Positions 10,201-19,069 of a stretch of DNA of 64,000 nt are shown in pieces. A program made the position numbers and the translations under genes. Position 1 is the stretch's first letter. The number at the start of each line of letters is the position of its first letter. Source of the stretch: a candidate division FCPU426 bacterium. Its GTDB lineage: Bacteria > Oederibacteriota > PGYV01 > Palsa-1178. Where the stretch lies: positions 1,171,065 to 1,235,064 of the forward strand of contig CAWIXE010000001.1 in NCBI GenBank assembly GCA_963840035.1, in the 5' to 3' direction. The notes beneath the pieces are model-generated. The model did not search any database, was not told where the DNA came from, and saw nothing but the letters and a program-made list of their open reading frames with translations.

Positions 10201-10916
10201 GGGACGACATCATGACCTTTCTCATAGGAAAAGGCATTGCCAAGGACGTCTCTTTCCAGATAACCGAGAGCGTCAGGAAGGGCAAAGGCCTGACCCCTGA
10301 ATGGGAAGACATCATGAAAAAACACAAGGTGCCCGAGTGGTACATAGCGTCGTGCAAAAAAATACAGTACATGTTCCCGAAGGCGCACGCGGCCGCCTAT
10401 GCCATAATGGCATTCAGGATAGCCTACATGAAAGTGCACCAGCCCCTCTATTTCTATTCTGATTATTTTAACAGGGACAAAGAGGGTTTTGAATATGATT
10501 TCGCCTTCATGGACATGAAAAAACTCGGCCACGCCAAGCGCGAGCTTGAGATGAAGATGCGCGAGAAAAAGGATAAAAGGCAGAACGCCAAAAAGGAAGA
10601 GGACCAGATAGGGGTGGTGGAGGTCATACTGGAAATGAAGGAACGCGGTTTTGACTTCCTTAACGTGGATATTTATACGTCCGACCCGTTCTTGTTTACG
10701 GTTGACTCGGGTAAAATAAGGCTGCCGCTGACGATCATCCCGTCGCTGGGCGGCGTGGTGGCTGAAGCCATAGCAAAAGAGCGGGTTAAGGATAAATTCA
10801 AGTCCATAGAGGATATTATCAAAAGGACGAGGATAAATAAAAACGTTGCTGAATTCCTGAAGCTAAACGACATATCAGGATCGCTGCCGAACTCGGATCA
10901 GACAGAGCTTTTTTAA
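7203..10916 (+). CDS. polC: DNA polymerase III PolC-type alpha subunit lacking the 3'-5' exonuclease insert
   Basis: OB fold precedes the PHP domain (RVELHAHTQMSAMD, AITDHG). Also GSRGSVGSS, a CPKC..CPVC Zn finger, KVPDIDLNFSGEYQ and KIQYMFPKAHAAAY. Confidence 0.95.
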   Translation: MAFSYNLNINDEETKTAIKDLYGAESTDEFFSSVKFNSLEFADNESGEILVKMDVFKPFNTAQLEKFGAYILKSANKTPVFRFNFSKDMKPAAIISSFWPFFKELPGVEKTWLDYAVAEEKDGAVVVKCFTDLAYTKITEKKAIQQLKKKMAEFGGGPVEVAVEVAEKTEADKKPVNIVRTMEVAKPKVPPSKILKDEEIPGEKIALENILGKGKYVIEGRVFVADEKKYWRDMQGREGNNAKIIFFYMTDEKETIKLSCWLDDDDGLFNAIKDIKYARVLIEADYYPNEMEITGRVKKMQLTKEPVMADTAPEKRVELHAHTQMSAMDALMSVKQYLRTAAAWGHPAAAITDHGVVHSYPEAYQIVNDRKSPLALKLILGMEGYLMEQNIKIDREDKDGEKFTEKPFHMVLLVKNSAGLRNLYRLVSLSHLEHFYKKPNIPRELLMNNREGLLVGSACYLGEVYQAILNRKTPEEIKQIASFYDYLEIQPNENNKFLIRSGRVDSEDSLNAINMQICALGAELGKPVVATGDVHFLKHDDKIYREVIMSGQGYDDIGDTGTADLSFRTTDNMLKEFMYLGSEKAHEVVVKNTRLIADMIEANIRPVPKDLNPPTIDNSDDEIRDASWNRAAEIYGINLPEIVRERVDRELNAIIGNKYSVLYLIAKKMVEKSNSDGYIVGSRGSVGSSMVAFLCGISEVNPMQAHYVCPKCQHSEFVHTDLVGVDLPEKACPVCDEKTVRDGFNIPFETFMGFKGEKVPDIDLNFSGEYQEKIHKFIVELFGSDKVFRAGTIGTIQEKTIKKEYIPKYEEKTKRKLKEADKERVAKGCAGVKRSTGQHAGGMMLVPKAKDIYDFTPVQNPPNDFQTITTHFDYEYIHDALVKIDALGHDLPTSLKRICEELKINVNDIPLDDKDTMKLFSGVSVLKVDPKNYTPPIGTLGVPEYGTRFTREMLAMTKPKTFSELVYVSGLSHGTDVWRGNAEDLIKNKTATLKEVISVRDDIMTFLIGKGIAKDVSFQITESVRKGKGLTPEWEDIMKKHKVPEWYIASCKKIQYMFPKAHAAAYAIMAFRIAYMKVHQPLYFYSDYFNRDKEGFEYDFAFMDMKKLGHAKRELEMKMREKKDKRQNAKKEEDQIGVVEVILEMKERGFDFLNVDIYTSDPFLFTVDSGKIRLPLTIIPSLGGVVAEAIAKERVKDKFKSIEDIIKRTRINKNVAEFLKLNDISGSLPNSDQTELF

Positions 10917-10930
10917 GGGCAATTAATTAA

Positions 10931-11050
10931 GGCAATTACTAATTACCAATTACTAAGTTACCAATAAAGGTGCGTGATCGCGTTTTATTATAATAATGCG
11001 TGAAAACACTCCTTGATTCGTAATTAGTCATTATAAATTAGTAATTGCCT
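10931..11050. repeat. Heptamer-periodic inverted repeat element (AATTACY type)
   Basis: Left arm GGCAATTACTAATTACCAATTACTAAGTTACCAAT; right arm ATTCGTAATTAGTCATTATAAATTAGTAATTGCC. Confidence 0.75.
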
Positions 11051-11120
11051 TTTATATTTTAATCACTATAATAATAACGGGATAAAATACGCGGGGATAC
11101 CGCGATAAACGCAGGCGGAA

Positions 11121-13064
11121 ATGACAAAAATATCAAAAACTGTACTGGCTTTTATACTGCTGGGGCTGATTTTATTGGCCTCACTTGACGCCATATTCAG
11201 GGAAGTGATTTCTTATAAGCTGATAATTGTATATCTGATTCTTTTATGCCTGGCGCCTTATGCCGTGAATGACGCTAAGGTTGAAAAAAAGGATGTTTTA
11301 CCGTCGTTATTCCTGGTTTTTTCCCTTATAGCGGTTTCCGCCGGGCAGTATATTATGTCTTTCCATTCCTTTATATGGCTCTGGCTCGGGATAACTTTCA
11401 TGGCTGCCGGCCTGGTTTTCGCGGCATTTAGGCCTGAGGCAGGGGAGGCAACAGGCGGGGAAGTAAAATTAAGCAGGGCAGCCGAGTTTATGATTTTTTC
11501 AGGGATTATGCTGCTGGCTTTCGGCTTAAGGTTCTATGACCTGGCAGGCCTGCCGGCTGGAGTCTGGTATGACGAGGCGCAGAACGGAAATGAAGCCTTA
11601 AATATAATTGAAGGCAGGCTTCCCGGGATATGGATAGCAAGGCTCACCGACATGCCGGCCATGTTTTTCTACATGGCGGCCGCCTTTATGAAGGCTTTTG
11701 GCGAGGACGCTGTTTCCATGAGGTATATTTCCGCCTTAACCGGGTCTTTAAGCGTGGCCGCGTTTTACTTCCTTCTCCGGGCGTTTTTGAAGGATAAACC
11801 CCTGGCCTTGGCCGGAGCGCTTTTGCTGTGCCTAACGCGCTGGCACATAACATTTTCCAGGGTGGCTTTCCTGGGCATGCCCACGCTCATGCTGGAGGTA
11901 CTGACATTATATTTTTATGTAAAGATAAAAGACGGCAGGAAACCGTTTTACGCAATCGCGGCCGGGGCAGTAATGGGGCTGAATTTTTACTCCTTCAGCG
12001 CGGCATATTTTGTCCCTTTAATTATAGCTGTTCATGCCCTGATAATATCGCTCACAGGATCCGATAAAAAGGAAAAGATTCCGCTTATCCGTATTTTCTG
12101 CCTTTTTGCAACAGCGTTAGCGGTATCTCTGCCGCTGCTGGCTTTCGCCGCGGTCAACCCGGCAATCTTTACCAAGAGGATAAATGACATAAATATCCTT
12201 AAAGACATTAAGAACGCGGGCGGACTTGAACCGCTTTATAAAGCCATAAGCACGCACCTGCTGATGTTTAATTTTGAAGGGGATTATAACGGCAGGCATA
12301 ACCTTTACAAAAAACCCATGCTTGACGCGGTTTCCGGGGCGCTTTTTGCCTTTGGACTGTTCTCCGGAATGTTCAGGAGAAGGAATATTCTGTTAACAAT
12401 TTGGTTATTTGTTACTCTTGCGGCGGGGATGTCCGCCATAAGCGTGGAAGCGCCTCAGGCATACAGGATACTGGGGCTTGTCCCGGCGGTATGCGCGTTC
12501 ATGGTAATAGGGTTAAGGGAAATACGCGCCGTACTTGTCATGTTCAATAAAAAACAGGCATATTTTTTCCTGCTGGCCGGTGTAATAATAATCTCGGCGG
12601 GTTTTATTAATGTTAAGCAGTATTTTATTGAATATCCAAAGGAAGCTTCCACATTTTCCTCGTTCTCCCCGGAGGCAAACGCGATTGCTGAAGTTTTGAT
12701 AAAAAAAAGCCCTGAATATTACGGCTTAATATCAGTGGCAAAAGAAATCTACGGGTTTTATCCCTGGGAACAGAAAGTGGTATGCGAATTTTTAACGAGG
12801 AAAAAGGCGTCATTTGGATACATTAACGGTGAAGTAAAGGTTTTTAATGGCCAGCTTGAAGGGCGCAAAGGGGTAATGCTGATAGTCAGGCCATCCGACG
12901 TAAGCGAGATAAAACGGATAGAAGCGCTGTACCCGCGTGCGGTTAAGGAAGCGCACCCGAATCCGCATGCTGACGAAAATATGTTTATATGTTATTATGT
13001 GAATAAGGAAGATATAAAAGGGTACAAGGTACAAGGTTCAGGGCCCATACAGGTTTTACCCTGA
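11121..13064 (+). CDS. GT-C membrane glycosyltransferase, GT39/PMT_2/ArnT-like
   Basis: Multiple TM helices; LRFYDL...PAGVWYDEAQ acidic loop; SMRYISAL.G; WHITFSR. Confidence 0.85.
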   Translation: MTKISKTVLAFILLGLILLASLDAIFREVISYKLIIVYLILLCLAPYAVNDAKVEKKDVLPSLFLVFSLIAVSAGQYIMSFHSFIWLWLGITFMAAGLVFAAFRPEAGEATGGEVKLSRAAEFMIFSGIMLLAFGLRFYDLAGLPAGVWYDEAQNGNEALNIIEGRLPGIWIARLTDMPAMFFYMAAAFMKAFGEDAVSMRYISALTGSLSVAAFYFLLRAFLKDKPLALAGALLLCLTRWHITFSRVAFLGMPTLMLEVLTLYFYVKIKDGRKPFYAIAAGAVMGLNFYSFSAAYFVPLIIAVHALIISLTGSDKKEKIPLIRIFCLFATALAVSLPLLAFAAVNPAIFTKRINDINILKDIKNAGGLEPLYKAISTHLLMFNFEGDYNGRHNLYKKPMLDAVSGALFAFGLFSGMFRRRNILLTIWLFVTLAAGMSAISVEAPQAYRILGLVPAVCAFMVIGLREIRAVLVMFNKKQAYFFLLAGVIIISAGFINVKQYFIEYPKEASTFSSFSPEANAIAEVLIKKSPEYYGLISVAKEIYGFYPWEQKVVCEFLTRKKASFGYINGEVKVFNGQLEGRKGVMLIVRPSDVSEIKRIEALYPRAVKEAHPNPHADENMFICYYVNKEDIKGYKVQGSGPIQVLP

Positions 13065-13101
13065 AACAATAACTTTGCACCCGGAACCCTAAAGGAGCCC
13101 T

Positions 13102-14064
13102 ATGCCACAGATTTTTGATTATGAGATGGAGAGCAACTATATAGCTGTGCCTGAGACAACCACTGCCGGCGAAACAATAAAGCTGCTGCGCGAGGCTGCC
13201 AGCGAGGACATGATATTCTACACATATGTGGTTAATGAATTTAAGATACTGAAAGGCGTCCTGCCGCTGCGCAAACTGCTCATGGCGCCGCCTGAAAAGG
13301 CCGTAAGCGCGATTATGAACACGGCCTTAACAGTTGTGAACGCAAAAATGACGCAGGAAGAGGTAAATGAGCTCTTCAGGAAGACAAAATACCTCGCCAT
13401 CCCGGTAGTGGATGACGCGGAGCGTATAATGGGGACGGTGACCCTTAAAAAGGCCGTGGATGACATGGCCATGGAAAACGCGGATGAGGTGCTGAAAATT
13501 CAGGGCGCTGACATCAATGTCTTTGACGCCTCATTTTTTACCAGGCTGAAGGTCAAATTGCCGTGGCTTATTACGACCGTCATATCGGGCCTTACATGCG
13601 GATTCATAATGCATTATTTTGAAAAAACGGCGCTCTCTAAGGTGCTGGCACTGGCGTTTTTCATACCGCTGATTACGGCCATGGGCGAAAGCGTCGGAGG
13701 GCAGTCTTCCGCGATTATCATAGAGGGGCTGATCCTGGGAAAATTAAAAGGCCAAAAGGTCATTAATATATTATTCAATCAGCTGCTTGAAGGCCTGGTC
13801 ATGGCCCTGATAATCGGCGGGCTGGTGGCGGCAATCACCATACCGTGGCTTAACAGCCCCATGATAGCGGTATTGACGGGGTTAACGATATTTACCACGG
13901 TGCTTATAGCCACACTCAACGGAACGCTCGTTCCGCTTGTCTTAAAAAATATGGGCATTAATCCGGTAGTATCCACGAACCCGCTGGTTTTCGCCATTAC
14001 CGACATAATGGTTCTGATATTTTACTTCCTTCTGGCCATCATGCTCATGAGGCACATGTCCTAG
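13102..14064 (+). CDS. mgtE: Magnesium transporter MgtE (CBS pair plus TM domain, no N-domain)
   Basis: YTYVV..LKGVLPLRKLL and LAIPVVD CBS pair; KLPWL, LAFFIPLITAMG, INPVVSTNPLVFAITD TM motifs. Confidence 0.85.
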   Translation: MPQIFDYEMESNYIAVPETTTAGETIKLLREAASEDMIFYTYVVNEFKILKGVLPLRKLLMAPPEKAVSAIMNTALTVVNAKMTQEEVNELFRKTKYLAIPVVDDAERIMGTVTLKKAVDDMAMENADEVLKIQGADINVFDASFFTRLKVKLPWLITTVISGLTCGFIMHYFEKTALSKVLALAFFIPLITAMGESVGGQSSAIIIEGLILGKLKGQKVINILFNQLLEGLVMALIIGGLVAAITIPWLNSPMIAVLTGLTIFTTVLIATLNGTLVPLVLKNMGINPVVSTNPLVFAITDIMVLIFYFLLAIMLMRHMS

Positions 14065-15107
14065 TGAAAAAATACCTTGCGGCCCTGGCAATGTTGCTTG
14101 TGTGTTCCGCTGTTTTTGCGGCTGATGAACAGGCGCTTACGGCGCATAAGTTCAGGATATATTACCTTGTAAAAGGCGAGATGGCGAAAAAACCGGCCAT
14201 GCCTGATTTCGGGTATATGATACAAAAAACATTTCCGCTGCGGGCGAAAGAATTCCTGCTGCCGGCCAGGTACTCTGAATTTTCAAAGCCTGTAATATCA
14301 AAGACAGCCGCAGCCATCCTTGAAACCCTGCCTGAACACAGGCGCAAAAACGCTGTTTACGCGTCTGAAGCCGTATTTAATTATGTAAAGGCGTCAATTA
14401 CCGCAAAGGCTGAGCCGGAAGGGGTATTTTCAAATCCGCATGAAGCGTATTCATCGGGCGCCGAGGCCATCGGCAATGGCAGCGGAAACAACCTTGAAAA
14501 ATGCAGGGCAGCCACAGCCCTTTTGCGCTCAATTTCAATTCCGGCGAGGATATCATACTGGAGCGGGCATTATGTCGTGGAATATTATATTAAGCCCCTT
14601 GAAAAGGGGAAATATGACCCTGACTGGCACATAATGGATTTTACTGGCGCATATGATGCCGCGGAGGGAAGAGTTGAGCCGATATCCTGGAATCCCGTGG
14701 ATTATAAGGAACATGTAAACGAGGAATGGTCCGGCAATTCCATGAATGTAAGGGTTGTATCGGTTAAAAATACGCACATGGAACTAAATGAAGCCGAGTC
14801 AATGGCCCTGTTTTCAAACATTGTTTCCGGAGCTGAGCCGGATGTGAAGGGAAATACAACCTTGAATAAATTCTTCCTTTTAAAGGAAGTTGATTATGAA
14901 CTTACCCTTCCGGATGGTATTACCGCGGCCATGGCGGAATTCACCATGCCTTTTAATGAAACCCGTTATTTTAAGACTTTCAAGTTTTATGTCAGGCCCC
15001 TTGACCCCGGGCTGAAAGTCTCCCAGAAAAGGACCCACACCTACATAAATCCGTATGTCAAAGGAATGATATATACACTGCCCGTGGAGTTCAGTATTTC
15101 CAAATAA
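14064..15107 (+). CDS. Secreted transglutaminase-like core domain protein
   Basis: Signal peptide; ALLRSISIPAR, GHYVVEYY and WHIMDFT match the transglutaminase-like fold. The canonical Cys position holds Asn. Confidence 0.6.
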   Translation: MKKYLAALAMLLVCSAVFAADEQALTAHKFRIYYLVKGEMAKKPAMPDFGYMIQKTFPLRAKEFLLPARYSEFSKPVISKTAAAILETLPEHRRKNAVYASEAVFNYVKASITAKAEPEGVFSNPHEAYSSGAEAIGNGSGNNLEKCRAATALLRSISIPARISYWSGHYVVEYYIKPLEKGKYDPDWHIMDFTGAYDAAEGRVEPISWNPVDYKEHVNEEWSGNSMNVRVVSVKNTHMELNEAESMALFSNIVSGAEPDVKGNTTLNKFFLLKEVDYELTLPDGITAAMAEFTMPFNETRYFKTFKFYVRPLDPGLKVSQKRTHTYINPYVKGMIYTLPVEFSISK

Positions 15108-15201
15108 AGCGGATAACCCGCGTGTAAAGGCTGAATTTTACCCTTGAAAAAAACGTGTGATTCTAATATCATATAGTAACCAATTAAACGGAGGTGTTTA
15201 C

Positions 15202-15621
15202 ATGAAAAAAGCTGTTGTTGCTTCTATCATCGTAATATTTATGCTGTTATTTTCAGGCTGCGGCCAGGAACTTAAAATCACGGTTTATAACGCTACCGGC
15301 TATTCAACAGCGTCAAGCGGCTGGGTGGCGATTAACGCGCATTCCGAGTCGTTTGACCAGTGGATACTGCCCACGACTTATGCCGTAAGCGACGCTTATT
15401 GCGACGCCAATAACAGCTATACATTTACAGCAAAGGAAAATGATACCATTGAGATCGGCGGAAACGGCGCGGAGTATACGTTTGACAGTACGGGAAACGT
15501 GATAGGGCAAAATCCGTTCACGCTGCCGAACGGGACCAAAACCATTTATGGGGATTTTTTAAGCACCCCGACATGGTATGCGGCTGTTAATATGGAATCA
15601 ATTATCTTCTATAAAAAGTAA
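15202..15621 (+). CDS. Putative lipoprotein
   Basis: GGAGGT RBS before ATG 15202; MKK, hydrophobic stretch, then the FSGC lipobox. Confidence 0.75.
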   Translation: MKKAVVASIIVIFMLLFSGCGQELKITVYNATGYSTASSGWVAINAHSESFDQWILPTTYAVSDAYCDANNSYTFTAKENDTIEIGGNGAEYTFDSTGNVIGQNPFTLPNGTKTIYGDFLSTPTWYAAVNMESIIFYKK

Positions 15622-16421
15622 TGAAAAAGCTGCTTGAAAGCATATTTAAGGATGCCCGCCGCTCTATCTTAAAGGGCCTGCCTGCGGGTAAGACAGGGAT
15701 AAATAACAAGGGTGACATAACAAAATATTTTGATGCCTACACTGAGAAAAAAATAATTTCCGCGCTTAAAAAACATTCCGGCATAAAAGCCTCAATAATT
15801 TCCGAAGAACTGCGTGTTCCCATGGTTATAAACAGCCGCTTAAAAACGCCCATGCGTTATGTCATTGTTGACCCCGTGGACGGCTCGGATAATTATCTAA
15901 GCGGCGTGCCTTTTGTGTGCCTTGGCATAGCGGTGTTTGATGAAGACATGGAGCCGTTATATTCGCTGGCGGGGAACTACTACACAGGTGATTATTTTTA
16001 CGCGGACAGAAAAAATCTTCTATTAAACGGCCGGAAATTTGACGCTTCAAAGCATTCCAAGGCGCCATGCGACATATTGTACTTTGCCTTTACCGATACT
16101 GCCGTGGAAACAGGCGGGGAATTCAGGAAGGTGTTCCTGCACTCGGGAAAAGTCAGGTCCCTGGGAGCCACCATAGGGGAGCTGATGCTGGTCATAAAAG
16201 GCGGGGCAAAAACATTTGTGGATGTACGCGGAAAACTCACCCCGGAAAACTTCGCCCCGTTCTTTCTTATAACAAAACATACAAAAGCGAAATTCACGGA
16301 CGAATACGGCAGGGATTTTGTGTTAAGGAGCAAATTGCTTACGGATGAGTATAATGTGGTTTTTTCCAACAATGAAATGGAACACAAGAGGACGATCCAA
16401 AAATTGAAAAAATTCCTGTAA
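15621..16421 (+). CDS. Inositol monophosphatase/FBPase family protein
   Basis: IISEE, IVDPVDGSDNY, KVRSLGA and FVDVRGKL motifs. Confidence 0.85.
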   Translation: MKKLLESIFKDARRSILKGLPAGKTGINNKGDITKYFDAYTEKKIISALKKHSGIKASIISEELRVPMVINSRLKTPMRYVIVDPVDGSDNYLSGVPFVCLGIAVFDEDMEPLYSLAGNYYTGDYFYADRKNLLLNGRKFDASKHSKAPCDILYFAFTDTAVETGGEFRKVFLHSGKVRSLGATIGELMLVIKGGAKTFVDVRGKLTPENFAPFFLITKHTKAKFTDEYGRDFVLRSKLLTDEYNVVFSNNEMEHKRTIQKLKKFL

Positions 16422-16467
16422 ATCCCGGCGTATAAAAGCGTGGATGCCAAATATCCATAAAACACAA

Positions 16468-16944
16468 TTATTTGAAGATCTTTTTAACCAGTCCGTACAT
16501 ATTAACCGTATTTTTATCAAAAAGCACCAGGCTTCCGGACATGCCCAGCAGCACCAGGTCCCTTATTATTGCCGGCCAGCCCACTTTCAGCTCCATCCAC
16601 TCAATCAGGTCAAAGCACCCGCATTCTATCTGCATGCCCCGCGCGAAAGCCTGTGCTATGGCTACGGTGTAGACTAAAAGAAGCCCTGAAATAATGACTG
16701 CCGAGCTCTGGACAAAAATATCAAGCAGAAGGAACAGCCCTGCAATGACCTGCAGCCACGGGATGACAAGGGCCATGGGGGAGACAAACATGTGCGGGAC
16801 CATCTTATACGCTTCGATTGAATCCATCATTTTCGCGGGATTTGTTATCTTTGTAATGCTGGAAAAAAGAAAAAGCACCCCGAGGGCCACCTTAAAAAAG
16901 GCAAGCGTCCCGGGGTGTGATAATACTTTTATGACTGTTTTCAT
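16468..16944 (-). CDS. DoxX/MauE-family membrane protein
   Basis: Four TM helices, LGVLFLFSSITKI, IECGCF and IIRDLVL motifs. Confidence 0.88.
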   Translation of the reverse strand: MKTVIKVLSHPGTLAFFKVALGVLFLFSSITKITNPAKMMDSIEAYKMVPHMFVSPMALVIPWLQVIAGLFLLLDIFVQSSAVIISGLLLVYTVAIAQAFARGMQIECGCFDLIEWMELKVGWPAIIRDLVLLGMSGSLVLFDKNTVNMYGLVKKIFK

Positions 16945-17786
16945 TATTTCTGCGGGGCGGGTGAAAGCTGTGCCGCAGGCGCTGCAACTGCCGGCGCCGC
17001 AGCAGCGGGAGCCGCCGCCCTGACTGTTATGGGATATTTATGTTCGTTCCATTTGGGCCAGCCGCCGAAGAAAATAGCGACCTTCCTGAATCCGTTGTCA
17101 TATAATAAGTACGCTGTCTTGTCTGAAAGGTGGCATCCGACGCCGTGGCAGTATGTCACTGCTACTTTATTGCCGATCTGTTTCCTGAACTTTTCCACCA
17201 GTTCAACAGGGCTTCCGGCAGGGATGTTTATGGAGCCTTTAATGTGTGATTCTTCATATTCGTTCGCGCCGCGGGCGTCAACAAATATCGCTTTGCCGCT
17301 GTCGTAGAGATACTCCGCGTCCTCTATGTCTATGCGGTGTATTTTGTCCTTTGAATCAAGGGGCTTAAAATATACTTTGCACCTTAACGGGATGTTTGAA
17401 GAAGTTGGGACCGGCCCGGGGGCTGAAGCAGCGGCGGCTGCCTGATTTGAAGTACTGGCAGAAGCAGGGCTGACAGGTACGGTTACTATTTTTCCGGTCT
17501 TGGGGTCTTTAATCTGGATGCTTGTGGTCGCGGGCACCGGCGTGGGAACCGAAGCGGTAGCTGTAGCAGCGGCGTTTGCCGCGTCTTTAGCGAGCTTGGC
17601 TGTCCTCATGTTGGAATAAACAATTCCAAGGACAATGGCCGCTATGAAGATGACAGAAGCAACAATGATTGGCTGAAGGATACTAGAGCCGGTTTTTGCT
17701 TTTACAGCTTCAGTTACAGGGACGGAATGTTTTACCGATCTTTTGACTGCTTTCTTTACTGCTTTTTTAACTGCTTTTTTTGCCAT
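16944..17786 (-). CDS. Membrane-anchored rhodanese-domain protein with a basic KKAV-repeat N-terminus
   Basis: FVDARG..EYEESHIKGSINIP, VTYCHGVGC and FFGGWPKW. The start is likely 17786 (MAKKAVKK) rather than 17882. The stop abuts the DoxX start. Confidence 0.85.
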   Translation of the reverse strand: MAKKAVKKAVKKAVKRSVKHSVPVTEAVKAKTGSSILQPIIVASVIFIAAIVLGIVYSNMRTAKLAKDAANAAATATASVPTPVPATTSIQIKDPKTGKIVTVPVSPASASTSNQAAAAASAPGPVPTSSNIPLRCKVYFKPLDSKDKIHRIDIEDAEYLYDSGKAIFVDARGANEYEESHIKGSINIPAGSPVELVEKFRKQIGNKVAVTYCHGVGCHLSDKTAYLLYDNGFRKVAIFFGGWPKWNEHKYPITVRAAAPAAAAPAVAAPAAQLSPAPQK

Positions 17787-18074
17787 ATTAACACCGCCTT
17801 CATAATGTATGTCAAATTGTCCGCGGTCACGAATAGCGCAGATATAAGTCCGCGGTTTGCTGACTGAATTATGATATTTCATTTTTTGCCTGTTGTCAAG
17901 TGGGTTTTATATCATTTTGCAGGCAAGCTTGATGAAACTTACAATTCAACGAAAAACCTTATTTTAAAGGCAGTTATCATTACAAGTGCCGAAATAGCGG
18001 CAATTATTAATATATTTTATAAAACCGGTTCAATTATAACGCCACTTTAATCGTGTAAATTGCAATCAGGGTAA

Positions 18075-18103
18075 TTGACAAAATATATTACATTTGATAT
18101 ACT
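18075..18103 (+). promoter_or_regulatory. Sigma70-type promoter for the MerR-GGDEF gene
   Basis: TTGACA-17 bp-TATACT. Confidence 0.7.
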
Positions 18104-18154
18104 AATATTAGTAACTGGAAATCTCCAAAATACAAACTCGAAAGAGGGGAAATT

Positions 18155-19027
18155 ATGAAAGAAAAACTAGTCGGGATAGGCGCAACAGCAAAATTATGCG
18201 GATTATCAGAAAGAACCCTGCGTTATTGGGAAAGCCTCGGGCTGATCAAACCGGTAAGGCTGCCTTCAGGCCACAGGAAATTTTCAAAAACCATGATCAA
18301 GAAAATAATCGCGATCAGGGATATCCTGGAAAAATACAATCTCAGAATCAATGACCTTATCACATCCTCGAAATTCCTTCAGGATGACCTTTTAAAGGAT
18401 AAAGTCGAATCGCCGGATGTATTTGACCTTAATATCACCCTTGATTCGGAAGTTTATGAATTCGCGAAAAAGAACGGCCGGATAAACCCGCTTTCCGGAC
18501 TGCCTGACGCGCTTTTTGTGCAGCAGGAAATGAACCGCAGGATGGATGACGACGCGAAGCTTGCGGTGTGCTACATAGATATGAAGGATTTCAAATATTA
18601 TAACAAACGTTACGGTTATGAAAAAGGCGACGCAGTCTTAAAATTCCTATCGGCCGTCATCTATGACGTTGTCAAGGAAAACGGGGAAAAGCAGGATATC
18701 GCCGGACACTGCGGCGGGGATAATTTTGTGGTCATAACCACCCACGACCGTTACGCCAAGATATGCTCGGAGCTTATCAAGTCCTTTGACCTGCTTATCG
18801 AACAGCATTATGAGAAACCCGACAGGGAAAAAGGCTATATAGTGACAAACTCAAGGCGCGGCGAGGAAATGAGGACCCCGCTTATGACCCTGTCCGTGAG
18901 CATAGTCTGGAACGTAAAAAGGAAGCTTTCGCATTTCGCGCAGGCCGCGGACATAGCCTCCGAGCTCAAACAGTACGCGCAGAAATTCCCTAAGTCGGAG
19001 TATGTTGTGGACAGAAGGACCAACTAA
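18155..19027 (+). CDS. MerR-type HTH fused to a GGDEF-like domain
   Basis: IGATAKLCGLSERTLRYWESLGLIKPVRLPSGHRKF (MerR HTH); NPLSGLP, YIDMKDFKYYNKRYGYEKGD, GHCGGDNFVV. Confidence 0.88.
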   Translation: MKEKLVGIGATAKLCGLSERTLRYWESLGLIKPVRLPSGHRKFSKTMIKKIIAIRDILEKYNLRINDLITSSKFLQDDLLKDKVESPDVFDLNITLDSEVYEFAKKNGRINPLSGLPDALFVQQEMNRRMDDDAKLAVCYIDMKDFKYYNKRYGYEKGDAVLKFLSAVIYDVVKENGEKQDIAGHCGGDNFVVITTHDRYAKICSELIKSFDLLIEQHYEKPDREKGYIVTNSRRGEEMRTPLMTLSVSIVWNVKRKLSHFAQAADIASELKQYAQKFPKSEYVVDRRTN

Positions 19028-19031
19028 AACA

Positions 19032-19064
19032 GCAATTACTAATTAATAATTACGAATTACCAAT
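19032..19064. repeat. Heptamer tandem array (AATTACY type), single arm
   Basis: GC AATTACT AATTAAT AATTACG AATTACC AAT; same type as 10931-11050. Confidence 0.7.
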
Positions 19065-19069
19065 ATATG

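Noticed and set aside
17953..17966. AAA(A/G)CCTTATTTTA shared with the reverse complement near 44819-44832
   Set aside because: It is a short AT-rich match with only two instances and cannot be separated from chance without a genome scan.
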